64,000 nt of DNA. It comes from Saprospira sp. CCB-QB6. GTDB lineage: Bacteria; Bacteroidota; Bacteroidia; Chitinophagales; Saprospiraceae. The position numbers were made by a program, and so were the translations under genes. Positions 63,997 to 64,000 of this stretch are shown one piece after another; position 1 is the first letter of the stretch; each line of letters starts with the position of its first letter. The notes under the pieces are model-generated. The model saw nothing but the letters and a program-made list of their open reading frames with translations, was not told the DNA's origin and did no database searches. The stretch spans positions 943,886-1,007,885 of the forward strand of contig NZ_CP116808.1 of the NCBI RefSeq assembly GCF_028464065.1, read 5' to 3'.

Positions 63997-64000
63997 GATA

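Overview
This is a 64-kb chromosomal window at roughly 47-48% GC, apparently from a member of Bacteroidota. The evidence for that is T9SS C-terminal sorting domains, an SprE-like TPR lipoprotein, carotenoid genes (crtI-family, crtZ) and Bacteroidetes-type -33 TTG / -7 TAnnTTTG promoter motifs. Gene density is high and most genes are housekeeping: rplY, pth, fbp, ubiX, hemW, pepD, msrB, an ECF sigma/anti-sigma pair, M42 and M23 peptidases, glycosyltransferase and others. Two things stand out.

(1) An unusually dense family of GC-rich REP/MITE-like elements of about 130-200 bp. They start with TTTTGGGGC(T/C) and contain the core CTGCTACACATCGCTAGGCC or its complement. At least 22 copies occur in both orientations and occupy almost every intergenic gap. 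They are interleaved with a second family of about 22-nt GGTT..AACC hairpins, and they generate many spurious GC-rich ORFs in the six-frame track.

(2) A candidate retron-like reverse-transcriptase locus at about 25.6-32.7 kb. It comprises a WGR-domain (MolR/YehI-like) 1058-aa protein, a SWIM zinc-finger 555-aa protein, a promoter-driven highly structured non-coding region, and a 524-aa RT. The non-coding region has a perfect 36-bp inverted repeat (msd-like hairpin) and a second 13-bp stem followed by a T9 run. The RT carries the retron hallmarks NAxxH, YADD and VTG, plus an unusual basic coiled-coil N-terminal extension, and no canonical retron effector lies downstream. A secreted NucA-type nuclease with an OB fold lies upstream and a TPR-CHAT protein lies convergent downstream. 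I consider this locus the best candidate for a previously undescribed RT-based, possibly defence, system in the window.

Other oddities:
- a cluster of at least 8 copies of an ATAGACGTTCTGAAC motif, including one perfect 24-bp palindrome, downstream of an S24/LexA-like repressor;
- a 560-bp ORF-free structured region with tandem repeats;
- duplicated FG-GAP/T9SS paralogs, one of which has a frameshift in its signal peptide.

No rRNA, tRNA, CRISPR, transposase or integrase was recognised.
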